The notes below the pieces were generated by a model. The model made no database searches and was not told the origin of the DNA. It was given only the letters and a program-made list of their open reading frames with translations. DNA of 64,000 nt from Myxococcales bacterium (GTDB lineage Bacteria > Myxococcota_A > Polyangia > Polyangiales > DASUME01): NCBI GenBank assembly GCA_047601445.1, contig JASGJH010000001.1, forward strand, positions 5,024,001-5,088,000, written 5' to 3'. A program made the translations under genes and the position numbers. Below are positions 50,186-59,695 of the stretch, piece after piece (the first letter of the stretch is position 1; every line of letters starts with the position of its first letter).

Positions 50186-50373
50186 CGGGGAGGTCACGCG
50201 ACCTCCCCGCCCGCCGCGGCAAAGCCACGCCGGGACCCACCCCGCCGCGAGGTTCGTTGCACTCACGATGTGCCTTGATTCAAGCGTTTTAAGTTCGCTG
50301 GACGGGGGCCCATGAAGCGCCACGCCCATCAATCGCGGCTGCGGGCGCACCGAGCAGGTCGGCCCCGGCCAGC

Positions 50374-50521
50374 GGCCCGTGCAGAAGTTGCACGGGCCCC
50401 CCGTGCAGAAGTTGCACAAACGCGCCAGCGCGCGGGCCTCGAGCGCGCCCGCGGCGCCGACACGATCTGCAATCGAATTGCATCTAGCCAGACGACGTCC
50501 CGAGTGCACCGAAAAATGCAC
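50374..50521. promoter_or_regulatory. Upstream activator sequences (tandem GTGCA-N5-TGCAC plus further TGCA palindromes)
   Basis: GTGCAGAAGTTGCAC at 50379 and 50403; TGCAATCGAATTGCA at 50468; GTGCACCGAAAAATGCAC at 50504. Confidence 0.65.
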
Positions 50522-50579
50522 GTTTGGAAGGGATTGAGTCAGGCTGCGCGTACATCGCACACAAGTTGCGTCGCCAATC

Positions 50580-50595
50580 TGGCACGTAACCTGCT
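50580..50595 (+). promoter_or_regulatory. sigma54 promoter of the aminomutase operon
   Basis: TGGCACGTAACCTGCT. Confidence 0.7.
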
Positions 50596-50693
50596 CTCTG
50601 CGGCAACACAGCGCGAGTGCTGCGTTGCCACGCACGCTCGATGACCTGGCAAGGGCTCGCCGAAGGACGGCGAGCGGAGGACGAGAAACTCAG

Positions 50694-52133
50694 ATGGCGT
50701 ACGCACTGCCCCTGTTGAAAGAGCCGGAAGGCTCGCCCGAGGAACCTGAACCACCCTCCGGGCATCCGGAACCCGACCATCGCATCCTGCGCGATGGCGA
50801 CTTCTGGCGCCGCGTCCCTGCCTACACGCACGTCTCCCGTACCGACTTCCTCGACCACCTCTGGCAAGCCAAGAACTCGATCACCCGCCCCGAGAAACTC
50901 CTCGACGTTTTGCGCGGTGTGGCCGATGCCGACTTCGTGGCCGACCTGGCCCAGGGCCTGATGTCCGCCCCCATGGCGCTGCGGCTCTCGCCCTACGTGC
51001 TCAGCCTCATCGACTGGAACGATCCCGAGCACGACCCCCTGCGGCGCCAGTTCCTGCCGCTCGCCTCCAGCCAGAAGCCCGACCATCCCTGCGTCGGCCT
51101 GGACTCCCTCGGCGAGCGCCACGACGAGGCCGTGCCCGGCCTGGTGCACCGCTACCCCGACAAGGTCCTCTTGTTGTCTCTGGATACCTGCCCGGTCTAC
51201 TGCAGGTTCTGCACGCGCTCCTACGCCATCGGTCCGGACAACGGCGGTGTCGAGAAGGTCAGCCTCAAGGTCAGCGAGACCCGTTGGGAGGCCGCTTTTC
51301 AGTATATTAAAGCGCACCCGGCCATCGAAGACGTGGTCATCAGCGGCGGTGACACCTACCAGCTCAAGGCCGAGCAGCTCCGGCACATCGGCATGCGGCT
51401 GCTCGATATCCCCCACGTGCGGCGCATGCGCTTCGCCACCAAGGGCCTGGCCGTGATGCCCATGAAGGTGCTCTCGGATCACGCGTGGTTCAACGCCCTC
51501 TCGGAGGTCCACCTGAGCGGCCGCAAGCGCCGCAAGGACGTGGTGGTTCACACCCACTTCAACCACCCCAACGAGATCACGACCATCACCGAGGAGGCCC
51601 TCGGGCGCCTGTTCGAGGCCGGCATCACCGTGCGTAACCAGGCGGTGCTGCAGCGCGGCGTCAACGACGACCCGGCAACCATGCGCAAGCTGCTGCGTCG
51701 GCTCTCCTACGTGAATGTCCACCCCTACTACGTTTATGTCCATGACCTGGTGAAGGGCGTGGAGGATCTGCGCACGAGCGTGGCCACGGCCGAAGAGCTC
51801 GAAAAGGAAATGCGCGGCTCCACGGCGGGCTTCAACACCCCCACCTTCGTGGTCGATGCCCCCGGCGGTGGTGGCAAGCGCGACGTGCACTCCTACGAGC
51901 ACTACGACCGCGTGACGGGTGTCTCCGTGTACACGGCCCCCGTGGTGAAAGCGGGACAGTTCTTCTGCTACGTGGACCCGCTCGACACCTTGCCCGCAGA
52001 CGGGCGTGCGCGCTGGGCCGACCCCTCGGAGCACCGCGAGATCTTGCGCGAGGCCCTGATCGCAGCCGGCGCCGGAGCCGGGGCGGTGCGCGAATTCGAA
52101 GCAGCCGACGCGGCCCACTCGGCCAGCGCCTGA
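50694..52133 (+). CDS. kamA: KamA family radical-SAM/PLP 2,3-aminomutase (lysine 2,3-aminomutase-like)
   Basis: GLVHRYPDKVL, CPVYCRFCTR, SGGD, HFNHP, NQAVL, YYVYVHD, FVVDAPGGGGK (PLP Lys). Confidence 0.88.
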   Translation: MAYALPLLKEPEGSPEEPEPPSGHPEPDHRILRDGDFWRRVPAYTHVSRTDFLDHLWQAKNSITRPEKLLDVLRGVADADFVADLAQGLMSAPMALRLSPYVLSLIDWNDPEHDPLRRQFLPLASSQKPDHPCVGLDSLGERHDEAVPGLVHRYPDKVLLLSLDTCPVYCRFCTRSYAIGPDNGGVEKVSLKVSETRWEAAFQYIKAHPAIEDVVISGGDTYQLKAEQLRHIGMRLLDIPHVRRMRFATKGLAVMPMKVLSDHAWFNALSEVHLSGRKRRKDVVVHTHFNHPNEITTITEEALGRLFEAGITVRNQAVLQRGVNDDPATMRKLLRRLSYVNVHPYYVYVHDLVKGVEDLRTSVATAEELEKEMRGSTAGFNTPTFVVDAPGGGGKRDVHSYEHYDRVTGVSVYTAPVVKAGQFFCYVDPLDTLPADGRARWADPSEHREILREALIAAGAGAGAVREFEAADAAHSASA

Positions 52134-52140
52134 GCGACGG

Positions 52141-53277
52141 ATGTCCGCCTCTCCCCACAGTGAGCGCCGTCGCGCGCGCGAGCTCGGCTTGGGTCCCGGT
52201 CGCTTCGAGCCGGGCCGGCTCAACGCCATTACCGACGTGGCGGGTGTCCGCGTGGGGCAAGTCACCCTGCGTGCCGAAGCCGACGGTCCTGACCGCGGCC
52301 CGGTGCGCACGGGGGTCACGGCCATCGTGCCGGCCGAGGGAGTGTATGCGGAACGCGTGATGGCGGGCTCGTTCGTACTCAACGGAGCCGGCGAGCTGAT
52401 GGGCCTCACGCAGGTGGCGGAGTGGGGGCTCATCGAGACGCCCATCCTGCTCACCGACACGCTCTCCGTGGGCGTGGTGGGGGACGCGGTGGTCCAGCAC
52501 GTGATCGCGCGCGAGCCCACCATGGGCCGCAGCACGGACGTGGTGATCCCCGTGGTCGGCGAGTGCGACGACTCATGGATGCACGACGTGCGGGGGCGTC
52601 ACGTGCGAGCCGAGCACGTGCTCCAGGCCCTCGAAGAAGCCAGCTCCGGACCCGTGGCCGAGGGCAACGTGGGCGCCGGCACGGGCATGATCACCTGCGA
52701 TTTCGCGGGCGGCGTGGGCACCGCATCGCGCTTGGTCCCCTATCCACACGGGACGTACACGCTGGGCGTGCTGGTACTCTCCAATTTCGGCACCCGCGAC
52801 GAGCTCACCATGGACGGGCTCAAGGTCGGGCAGGCACTCGCGGAATACCGGGGCGAAGCAAGTCGCCGCACCGCCTACGGCAGCATCGTGGCCGTCCTGG
52901 CCACCGACGCACCGCTCCTGCCTCAGCAGCTCGACCGGCTCAGCAAGCGCATGGCCCTCGGCATCGGTCGGGTGGGCTCCTCGGCGGCCAACGGCTCCGG
53001 CGAGATCTGTCTCGCCTTCTCCACCCACAACCGCGTCCCGCGTGAGCGCAAGGGTGCTCTGCTCACGCTGAACTGCCTGGCGGACCCGGAACTGAACCCG
53101 CTCTTTCAGGCAGCGATTGAAACCACCGAAGAAGCGATCTTGAATGCGCTGTGCATGGGGACCGACCTGCGCGGCATCGACGACCATTTTTGTCCGGCCC
53201 TGCCCCTCGAGCAGCTGGCCGGATTGCGCAGGGCGCGCGAACAGGGCGTGGGCTCGCGGGCAGCGACCGAGCGATAG
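52141..53277 (+). CDS. P1/S58 family self-cleaving aminopeptidase (DmpA/BapA-like)
   Basis: NAITDVAGVRVG, NGAGE, PVVGECDD, EGNVGAGTGM, G|SI autocleavage site, SGEI. Confidence 0.92.
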   Translation: MSASPHSERRRARELGLGPGRFEPGRLNAITDVAGVRVGQVTLRAEADGPDRGPVRTGVTAIVPAEGVYAERVMAGSFVLNGAGELMGLTQVAEWGLIETPILLTDTLSVGVVGDAVVQHVIAREPTMGRSTDVVIPVVGECDDSWMHDVRGRHVRAEHVLQALEEASSGPVAEGNVGAGTGMITCDFAGGVGTASRLVPYPHGTYTLGVLVLSNFGTRDELTMDGLKVGQALAEYRGEASRRTAYGSIVAVLATDAPLLPQQLDRLSKRMALGIGRVGSSAANGSGEICLAFSTHNRVPRERKGALLTLNCLADPELNPLFQAAIETTEEAILNALCMGTDLRGIDDHFCPALPLEQLAGLRRAREQGVGSRAATER

Positions 53278-53335
53278 CCGACCAGTCCGCGGTGCCCGGC
53301 CGCAGGCAAACAGTGACAACACCGAAAGGCAGTGA

Positions 53336-54436
53336 GTGATGGACAGCGTGCAGACGACCCCCAATGCGGCACAGAGCGACAACGGCGCCGCCCGCGTCGA
53401 TGAGAAGAAGCGGCCGGTGCGACGCGCGGGCATGCTCAAGGTCGGTCTGGTCTACAACCTGCGCCGCGTGACCGTGGCCGAGGGCGACACCGAAGCCGAG
53501 TTCGACACGCCCACCACCATCGAAGCTCTGTGCAACGCGATCCGCGTGCAGGGCCATGACGTGGTGAAGCTCGAAGCCAACGCCGAGCTCCCCGTGTCGC
53601 TGCGCGACGCGGGCGTCGACATGGTGTTCAACATCGCCGAGGGCTTGAGCGGAATGAACCGCGAGGCTCAGGTGCCCGCCCTGTGCGAGATGCTCGGCAT
53701 CGAATACACGGGCTCGGACGCTGCCTGCATGGCCGTCACGCTCAACAAGGCCATCGCCAAGCGCCTGGTGGCTCAAGACGAGATTCACACGCCAGCCTTC
53801 GCGGTGCTGCACACGGGCAAGGAGAAGCTGCCCAAGAACTTCACCTTCCCCGCCATCGTGAAGCCCATCGCCGAGGGCAGCTCCAAGGGCATCCTGGAGA
53901 AGCAGGTGGTGGAGAACGAAGCCGACCTACGCCACGTGGCGCAGCTGCTGGTGCGCCGCTATCGCCAGCCGGTGCTGGCCGAGGCCTTCTTGCCCGGCCG
54001 CGAGTTCACCGTGGCGCTGCTCGGCGAGCGCAAGCCGCGCGTGCTGCCCATCATGGAGATCGTCTTCACCGACGCAAACGATCCGTTCCCCACGTACACG
54101 TTCAAGAGCAAGTTCGAAGGCGTGGGCGTGGAGAACAAGGTGCCCTGCGAGGTGGACCCGCTGCTCCTCAAGCAGCTCGAGCGCACCGCCAAGGCGGCCT
54201 TCCAGGCCGTCGGCTGCCGCGACCTCGCGCGCATCGATCTCCGACTCGACGCCCAGGGCCGCGTGCATTTCATCGAGTGCAACCCGCTGCCCGGCATGGC
54301 GCCGAACTTCAGCGACCTGTGCATGATGGCCAAGGCCGAGAACAAGACCTACGACGACCTGGTGGCGGAGATCATGGCTCCGGCGGTGCGCCGCTTCCGC
54401 GCGCAGAAGCGAGAGCAAGTCTCGGTCGTGGCCTGA
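53336..54436 (+). CDS. D-Ala-D-Ala-ligase-like ATP-grasp amidoligase (non-canonical)
   Basis: AEFDT, VFNIAEG, REAQVP, VKPIAEGSSKGI, GREFTV, ARIDLR, IECNPLPG. Lacks the GG.S.E N-terminal motif of housekeeping Ddl. Confidence 0.88.
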   Translation: MMDSVQTTPNAAQSDNGAARVDEKKRPVRRAGMLKVGLVYNLRRVTVAEGDTEAEFDTPTTIEALCNAIRVQGHDVVKLEANAELPVSLRDAGVDMVFNIAEGLSGMNREAQVPALCEMLGIEYTGSDAACMAVTLNKAIAKRLVAQDEIHTPAFAVLHTGKEKLPKNFTFPAIVKPIAEGSSKGILEKQVVENEADLRHVAQLLVRRYRQPVLAEAFLPGREFTVALLGERKPRVLPIMEIVFTDANDPFPTYTFKSKFEGVGVENKVPCEVDPLLLKQLERTAKAAFQAVGCRDLARIDLRLDAQGRVHFIECNPLPGMAPNFSDLCMMAKAENKTYDDLVAEIMAPAVRRFRAQKREQVSVVA

Positions 54437-54673
54437 ACTCCGCGCCAGACGCCGCTCGCTCGCCCCCTGCGCGCGGCACGCGAACCATCCCAAGATGGGG
54501 TGAACGCGCCGCCATCGAGTCCCCCTCGAACGCGCCGACTGCAAAATGCCCACGGTTGTAGTGGACGAACGAGCCGCGCGGACCACGCTTCGCGCGTGCT
54601 CGACCCGGCGCACTCCACTCGCCCGCAGGCGTACCCAGGCAAAGAAGCCAGCGAAACCACGCGCTTCGCCTGG

Positions 54674-55726
54674 ATGGACCGGGTATGGCGCTGGTTCGAG
54701 TCCGTCTCGGAGCTCAAGTTCGGCGCGCTGCTCGCGTTGCTCGTGGTCTTGCGCTCGGGGGTGCACATCGAGCTCGACCTGGAATGGCTTCCGCAATGCG
54801 TGGCCGCCTTCCCGCACTTGTCCGGCAATTTTCGCTGCCACAACGCCATCATCTCGGTGTTGCCGTGGTTGCTCCACGTGGACACGGCCGTCGAGTGGTC
54901 ACGCCTGCACGCTGCGCTGCTGGGGGGCTCTCTCTTCGGTACCCTGGTGCTCGCCTATCGCTTCGCGCCGGGCATCCGCTTCAAGCAACTCGCACTCTGG
55001 TTGGGCCTGAGCGCGATGCCGGTGGCATTGCTCCAGACCCGCGTCTACTACGACCCCTACGCCATCTTCGGGGGCTCGTTGCTGGCCCTCGCGCACGGCC
55101 CGTTCGCCATCTTCGCAGGTGGCCTCTTGCTGGGACTTTCGCATCCGGAGATGAGCCTGGTGGCCGCGCTCAGCGTGGGCTCCGTGGCCCTGGCCCTCGA
55201 CTTGGTGCGCACGCGACGCATCAAGCTCGCCCTCGTGAGCTGCGTGCTCGGGGCCGCCCTCACCAAGCTCCACGGTTGGCTCGATCCACCCGCGGGCCTC
55301 GATCGCGCCGGTGTACTCGGACGCAGCGTGCGATCCGCGCTGTTTCACGCCACCCAGAGCGGCACCATGGGCCTCTACGCGTGCCACGGACTGGCCTGGC
55401 TCTTGATTGTCGCCTACCTGCTCCACGCGCGCGCATCAGCGCGACAGCGCCTGTGGCTCGTGACGGGCCTCGTGATCTTGCCGGGCATCGTGACGCTGAT
55501 CACTCTGGACGGCACACGCGTCTTCGTGGGCACCGTGTGGCCGGCCTTCGTGATCTTCGTCTCCACGCTACTGGCGCGCAGCCAACGCGGAGATTCGCCG
55601 GTGCCCATTCGCACGCTCACTTGTGTGGCGCTGGTGATGGCCTTGATCGCGCCCTCTTACATCTCGGGCGGCGGCCACGTCTCCCGCCCCCGCTTCGGCT
55701 CACTGGCAAAGCACTCGCTGGAGTAG
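54674..55726 (+). CDS. Polytopic membrane protein (paralog of 60077-61201)
   Basis: ~9 hydrophobic segments; YDPY, HPE, QSGTMGLYAC and DGTRVF shared with the paralog. Confidence 0.7.
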   Translation: MDRVWRWFESVSELKFGALLALLVVLRSGVHIELDLEWLPQCVAAFPHLSGNFRCHNAIISVLPWLLHVDTAVEWSRLHAALLGGSLFGTLVLAYRFAPGIRFKQLALWLGLSAMPVALLQTRVYYDPYAIFGGSLLALAHGPFAIFAGGLLLGLSHPEMSLVAALSVGSVALALDLVRTRRIKLALVSCVLGAALTKLHGWLDPPAGLDRAGVLGRSVRSALFHATQSGTMGLYACHGLAWLLIVAYLLHARASARQRLWLVTGLVILPGIVTLITLDGTRVFVGTVWPAFVIFVSTLLARSQRGDSPVPIRTLTCVALVMALIAPSYISGGGHVSRPRFGSLAKHSLE

Positions 55727-55733
55727 AACCGAG

Positions 55734-56207
55734 ATGTCTCCACAAACGACCGACATCACACTCCTGATCTACTCAGAGACTCCAGGGGAACTCCTGGTGC
55801 CCGGCCGAGCAGCGTTCCCCCGCACCTCGCGGGTATGGCCCACCATCCTGGTGGCGGATCTCGCCGAAGCAACCGAGCTGCAATGTGCGATCGATGCGCT
55901 CCTGCGTGAAGAGGCCGAGCTCTGCGCAAGAGCGGATCAAGGGGTGGTCTTGGTCCCCGAACAAGGTGACCAGCTCGCAGAGGAAGAAGCAGCGAAGCGC
56001 GCCGTCGCCCGCTCTTTCGCCGAGAGCAGGCAATGGACGACCGATGCACGAGCACCGTGGGTCACCGACACTTGGGAGGGCGAGCATGCTTGGGCGTTCT
56101 TTCTGAGCTCCGGCAGCATGGACACCCACGGAGCCGTGGTAGACAAGCACACCGGTCGCGTCTTCCTGCGGTATTTTGCGAGCTTCAACATGGAGTTCTT
56201 CGACTAG
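55734..56207 (+). CDS. Hypothetical protein
   Basis: ORF 7 bp after the previous stop; C-terminal W.F....VVDKHTG motif. Confidence 0.5.
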   Translation: MSPQTTDITLLIYSETPGELLVPGRAAFPRTSRVWPTILVADLAEATELQCAIDALLREEAELCARADQGVVLVPEQGDQLAEEEAAKRAVARSFAESRQWTTDARAPWVTDTWEGEHAWAFFLSSGSMDTHGAVVDKHTGRVFLRYFASFNMEFFD

Positions 56208-56242
56208 CGGCCGGACCTCCATGGCAAGGGCAGCGGCAGCGC

Positions 56243-56560
56243 TCAAGAGAGCCCGCTGAACCGATGCCTCCTCGCCCAGCCATCCAGCTCCATCAGCAAC
56301 GGCGCGAGCTCCCGCCCCTTCTCCGTGTACTCGTAACCGCCCTCGCCCAGCTCCAACAGCCCCACCTCCCGCAACTCCGCCAAGCGCTCGTTGAGCACGC
56401 TGGGGGACACGTCCGACGCCGCACTCTGCAGCCCCCGGAACGTGAGTGGTCCCTCGCGCAGCTCCCACAGGATACGGAGCACCCAGCGGCGCCCCAGCAC
56501 CTCGAGCAGATCCATGATCGGGTGAGACGACTTCTTCTTCGGACTCTTCTTGCTCGCCAT
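56243..56560 (-). CDS. HxlR-family winged-helix regulator
   Basis: LGRRWVLRILWEL, SPSVLNERLAEL, YEYTEKGREL. Confidence 0.9.
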   Translation of the reverse strand: MASKKSPKKKSSHPIMDLLEVLGRRWVLRILWELREGPLTFRGLQSAASDVSPSVLNERLAELREVGLLELGEGGYEYTEKGRELAPLLMELDGWARRHRFSGLS

Positions 56561-56588
56561 CGTGCCCACGCAGCGCGTGCGACAAGGC

Positions 56589-56639
56589 GCTACGATTTTC
56601 GTAGCAAGCCGTCTCCGACCGCGCTATGAAAACCGTAGC
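56589..56639. promoter_or_regulatory. Paired palindromic operators between hxlR and the CMD gene
   Basis: GCTACGA-TTT-TCGTAGC (56589-56605) and GCTATGAAAACCGTAGC (56623-56639). Confidence 0.65.
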
Positions 56640-56659
56640 ACCCAGCCAAGGAGCGCACC

Positions 56660-57202
56660 ATGGAACGCTTGAGCCCCGTCTCCCCGCCGTACTCCGCCGA
56701 GGTCACCGCCTCGTTCGCAAAGCTCACCCTGCCAGGCATGGAGTTCCTGCAGTTGTTTCGTGTATTGGCCCACAACCCGCGCCTGCTGCAGCGCATCCAG
56801 CGCGGCGGCCTGCTCGACCCAGGCTCGATCTCAATCCGCCTGCGCGAGCTCGCCATCCTGCGCACCTGCGCGCTGTGCGGCGCCGAGTACGAATGGGGCG
56901 TGCATGTGGCCATCTTCGCCGGCGCAGCGAGCCTGAGCGCGGACGACGTCTCGAGCACCTGGCGCACTGGCTCCAGCGACGCGCGCTGGGGCGACGCAGA
57001 GCGTCTGGTCCTGCGGCTTTGCGAAGAGCTGCACGCGACCCAGGGACTCAGCGATGCCTCGTGGGCCGAACTCTCGACGCACTTTACGTCAGCTCAGCTG
57101 CTGGAGCTCACGGCGCTCGCCGGCATGTACCACATGATCTCGTTCGTCGTGAACGCCGGTGGGGTGCAGCTCGAGACCTGGGCCCCGCGCGCTCCCGCCT
57201 GA
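56660..57202 (+). CDS. Carboxymuconolactone decarboxylase / AhpD family protein
   Basis: LFRVLAHNP, RELAILR, YEWGVH; AGGAG SD. Confidence 0.88.
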   Translation: MERLSPVSPPYSAEVTASFAKLTLPGMEFLQLFRVLAHNPRLLQRIQRGGLLDPGSISIRLRELAILRTCALCGAEYEWGVHVAIFAGAASLSADDVSSTWRTGSSDARWGDAERLVLRLCEELHATQGLSDASWAELSTHFTSAQLLELTALAGMYHMISFVVNAGGVQLETWAPRAPA

Positions 57203-57212
57203 GACGCTCGGG

Positions 57213-58304
57213 CTACAAGATGGTCGCTGCGCAGCCGAAGCCGATGCTCAGTGCGCCACCCTTCTTCACGAGGTCGCAGGCCGCAGGGCAGAACTCGATG
57301 CGACTCTTGGCGTCGTTCGCGTACCAGCCCACCTTGTCGCCACAATCGGCCTTCTGAGTGGCGCGCGGAAACTCCTTCTTGGACTTGCCGGACGAACCGA
57401 ACATCACGCGCACGCCGTACTCGATGTCCACCGCTTCGCCCTCGGGCGCGGGCGGGATCTCGAAGTCACAGGGCAGTGGCGCACTGGCCACCACGGCCGA
57501 TTGCAGGTCCTTGAAGAGCTCGGCGAAATTACCGCAAATGGAGAGCACCTTTCCGCCCGTGGCCTGGGCCAACTTGACGTGCTCGGTGCCGATGCCGCCG
57601 ATGGTGGGACAGCTGGCGTCGGGTGCCACGATGGCGTGATAGTAAAACTTGTGCCCCAGCTTGGCCTCCATGGCCGACTGGAAAGTGTCCGCCATCAAGT
57701 AGGGCAGCTCGGCGTTGTCGTCCGTGAGCATGATGATGTGCGTGGGCGCGCCGTCGCGCAGGAAGCTCTTGTACTTGTCGAAGCTGTCCACCATCACGCT
57801 CAAGCCGTTGTTGCTGTCCAGTGCCGTGGCCACGTGCAGGTAGCGCTTGGCGTCCTTGGCCAGCGGCGTGGCACCGAGCGGATCCGCCTGACCGCAGGCC
57901 GCAGCCGCGGCCGCACCGAGAATGCCCATGTCGTAGACCGCCGCCACGTGCGTGCCCTCGCCGATGCCCATCGCGAAGGCCGTGAGGTTCGTGGACACGT
58001 TGCAGATGCTGGCCGCCATGCTGAGCGAGGTGTCCATGCCGAGGATGATGTCCACCGGGCCGCGTTCCACCTCCGCGGTCTTCTCGATCTCACCGCATTC
58101 GGTGTTGATGTCCGGGTTGTCGGTGCTGTCCCCGTCGCCGCCCCAACTGTCGCCGTCGCCGTCGCCGTCGCCGCTGTCCCCATCCCCGGAGTCACCGTCG
58201 CCGCCGAGCTCCCCCTCGCCGACGCGTGTCGCAGGCGGTGAACTACAGGCCATAAGCGTGAGCTGGAACACCGTAAGCAACAATCTAAGTCCACGAGTTT
58301 GCAT
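57213..58304 (-). CDS. VWA-domain lipoprotein with GD-repeat linker
   Basis: LMAC lipobox, GD tract, PVDII..DTSLSM, LTDDN, C-terminal IEFCPAAC..FGCAT. Confidence 0.8.
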   Translation of the reverse strand: MQTRGLRLLLTVFQLTLMACSSPPATRVGEGELGGDGDSGDGDSGDGDGDGDSWGGDGDSTDNPDINTECGEIEKTAEVERGPVDIILGMDTSLSMAASICNVSTNLTAFAMGIGEGTHVAAVYDMGILGAAAAAACGQADPLGATPLAKDAKRYLHVATALDSNNGLSVMVDSFDKYKSFLRDGAPTHIIMLTDDNAELPYLMADTFQSAMEAKLGHKFYYHAIVAPDASCPTIGGIGTEHVKLAQATGGKVLSICGNFAELFKDLQSAVVASAPLPCDFEIPPAPEGEAVDIEYGVRVMFGSSGKSKKEFPRATQKADCGDKVGWYANDAKSRIEFCPAACDLVKKGGALSIGFGCAATIL

Positions 58305-58346
58305 AGCTAAACGATACACAAAGCGAGCCCCTGTGCGCTGCAAAGA

Positions 58347-58378
58347 GCGCCAACCGTCGCACCGATGGCGCCAGTATC
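58347..58378. promoter_or_regulatory. Putative AraC-type operator
   Basis: GCGCCAACCGTCG-N8-GCGCCAGT, 43 bp upstream of the VWA gene start. Confidence 0.55.
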
Positions 58379-58445
58379 GTGCTCGCCTCGAAAAATGGGG
58401 GCCCGCTTGCCTGAGCCCCGTCCCCGCCCCCATGCTCCGTCCCGA

Positions 58446-59450
58446 ATGACTGTCGAGCCGGAACCCTCGGTCCTAGCGAGCTGGGTGCGCACCATCGTGG
58501 ACGCGCTGAAGGCCCAGGGGATCGAGCCGGCCCCCGTGCTGCAGTCCGTGGGTCTGGATAGCAATGCTCTCACGGACCCCAATGCCCGCATCTCCGTGGT
58601 CGCGATGGCGCGCCTATGGCGCAAGGCCACCGAGCGCGTGGGGGATCCGGCCTTCGGCCTGCGAGCCTCCAAGTTCATTCGACACACCACCTTCCACGCG
58701 CTCGGCACCTCCGTGCTGGCGAGCTCCACCATGCAGGAAGCGGTGGAGCGTGTGGTGCGCTTCAACCGAGTGGTCAGCGATGTGGCGACCTTGGAGCTCG
58801 AGCGCGATGCTCAACAAGCGCGGCTATTGGTGGTGCTGAAGCCGGGCTACGAGTCAGGCGGGCACGAAGCCATGGATGCGATCCTCTCGCTCATCACGCG
58901 GGCCCTCAGGCTCCTCGCGGGCCCCAACTTCACGCTGAGCAGTGTGGAGATGCGACGCCCCGAACCCGGGGACCGGAGCGCCTACGACAACATGTTCCGG
59001 TGCCCCATCCAATTCGAGAGCGGACTCGACGCGCTCGCCTTCGCCAGCGACCTGCTCGAGCAACCCCTCCCTTCGGGCAACCCCGAGCTCGCGCGCTTCG
59101 GCGACGCCGCCGTGCGCGAGTACCTGGCGCGCGTGCAAAACGGGTCCCTGGTGGACCGCGTGCGCGCGACCATCGCCGAGCACATGGGCACGCAGCTCTC
59201 CCCCGAGTTCGTGGCCAAAAAGCTCGCCATGAGCGTGCGCAGCATGCAGCGCGCACTGCAGGAACTGAACAGTAGCTACGAGACCTTGCTGCGCGACGTA
59301 CGCGAAGAACTCGCCTGCGCCTATTTGAAGGAGAAGCGCTACTCGGTGACCGAGGTGGCGTTCCTGCTGGGCTACGAGAGCATGGGCGCGTTCGCGCGGG
59401 CGTTCAGACGCTGGACCGGCATGTCGCCGTCGGACTACGCCAACAAGTAG
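58446..59450 (+). CDS. AraC family transcriptional regulator (paralog of 39151-40155)
   Basis: DPNAR, TTFHALG, PLPSGNPELAR, TEVAFLLG..FARAFRRWTG. Confidence 0.92.
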   Translation: MTVEPEPSVLASWVRTIVDALKAQGIEPAPVLQSVGLDSNALTDPNARISVVAMARLWRKATERVGDPAFGLRASKFIRHTTFHALGTSVLASSTMQEAVERVVRFNRVVSDVATLELERDAQQARLLVVLKPGYESGGHEAMDAILSLITRALRLLAGPNFTLSSVEMRRPEPGDRSAYDNMFRCPIQFESGLDALAFASDLLEQPLPSGNPELARFGDAAVREYLARVQNGSLVDRVRATIAEHMGTQLSPEFVAKKLAMSVRSMQRALQELNSSYETLLRDVREELACAYLKEKRYSVTEVAFLLGYESMGAFARAFRRWTGMSPSDYANK

Positions 59451-59453
59451 CTC

Positions 59454-59672
59454 TCAACCCACCTTGCGATTGCGTGGAGCGTCCGGCATCAGCGCGTCCA
59501 CCACGGCGTCCACTAGACCCACATAGTCCCGCAGCTCGTTACGCAGCATGCTGATCTCGTGGGCGAGCGCGGAGGTGCCCTCATTCTCGGCGCGGGCTCG
59601 CAGTTGATCCATGCGAGCGAGCACGCTGGTGTTCTCGAGTCTCAGCTTGGCCAAAAGCTCGCGCGTGATCAT
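59454..59672 (-). CDS. Small (72 aa) coiled-coil hypothetical protein
   Basis: GGGAGG SD, sigma54 promoter directly upstream, amphipathic helical sequence. Confidence 0.65.
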   Translation of the reverse strand: MITRELLAKLRLENTSVLARMDQLRARAENEGTSALAHEISMLRNELRDYVGLVDAVVDALMPDAPRNRKVG

Positions 59673-59695
59673 GGCGCCTCCCAAAGAACGCACTC

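Noticed and set aside
50694..52133. KamA protein as EF-P modification enzyme EpmB
   Set aside because: It is longer than EpmB, keeps the LAM-type FVVDAPGGGGK region, has no efp/epmA neighbours and sits in a peptidase/ligase operon.
53336..54436. Housekeeping ddl
   Set aside because: It is not in a dcw cluster and lacks the GG.S.E and LHG..GEDG motifs.
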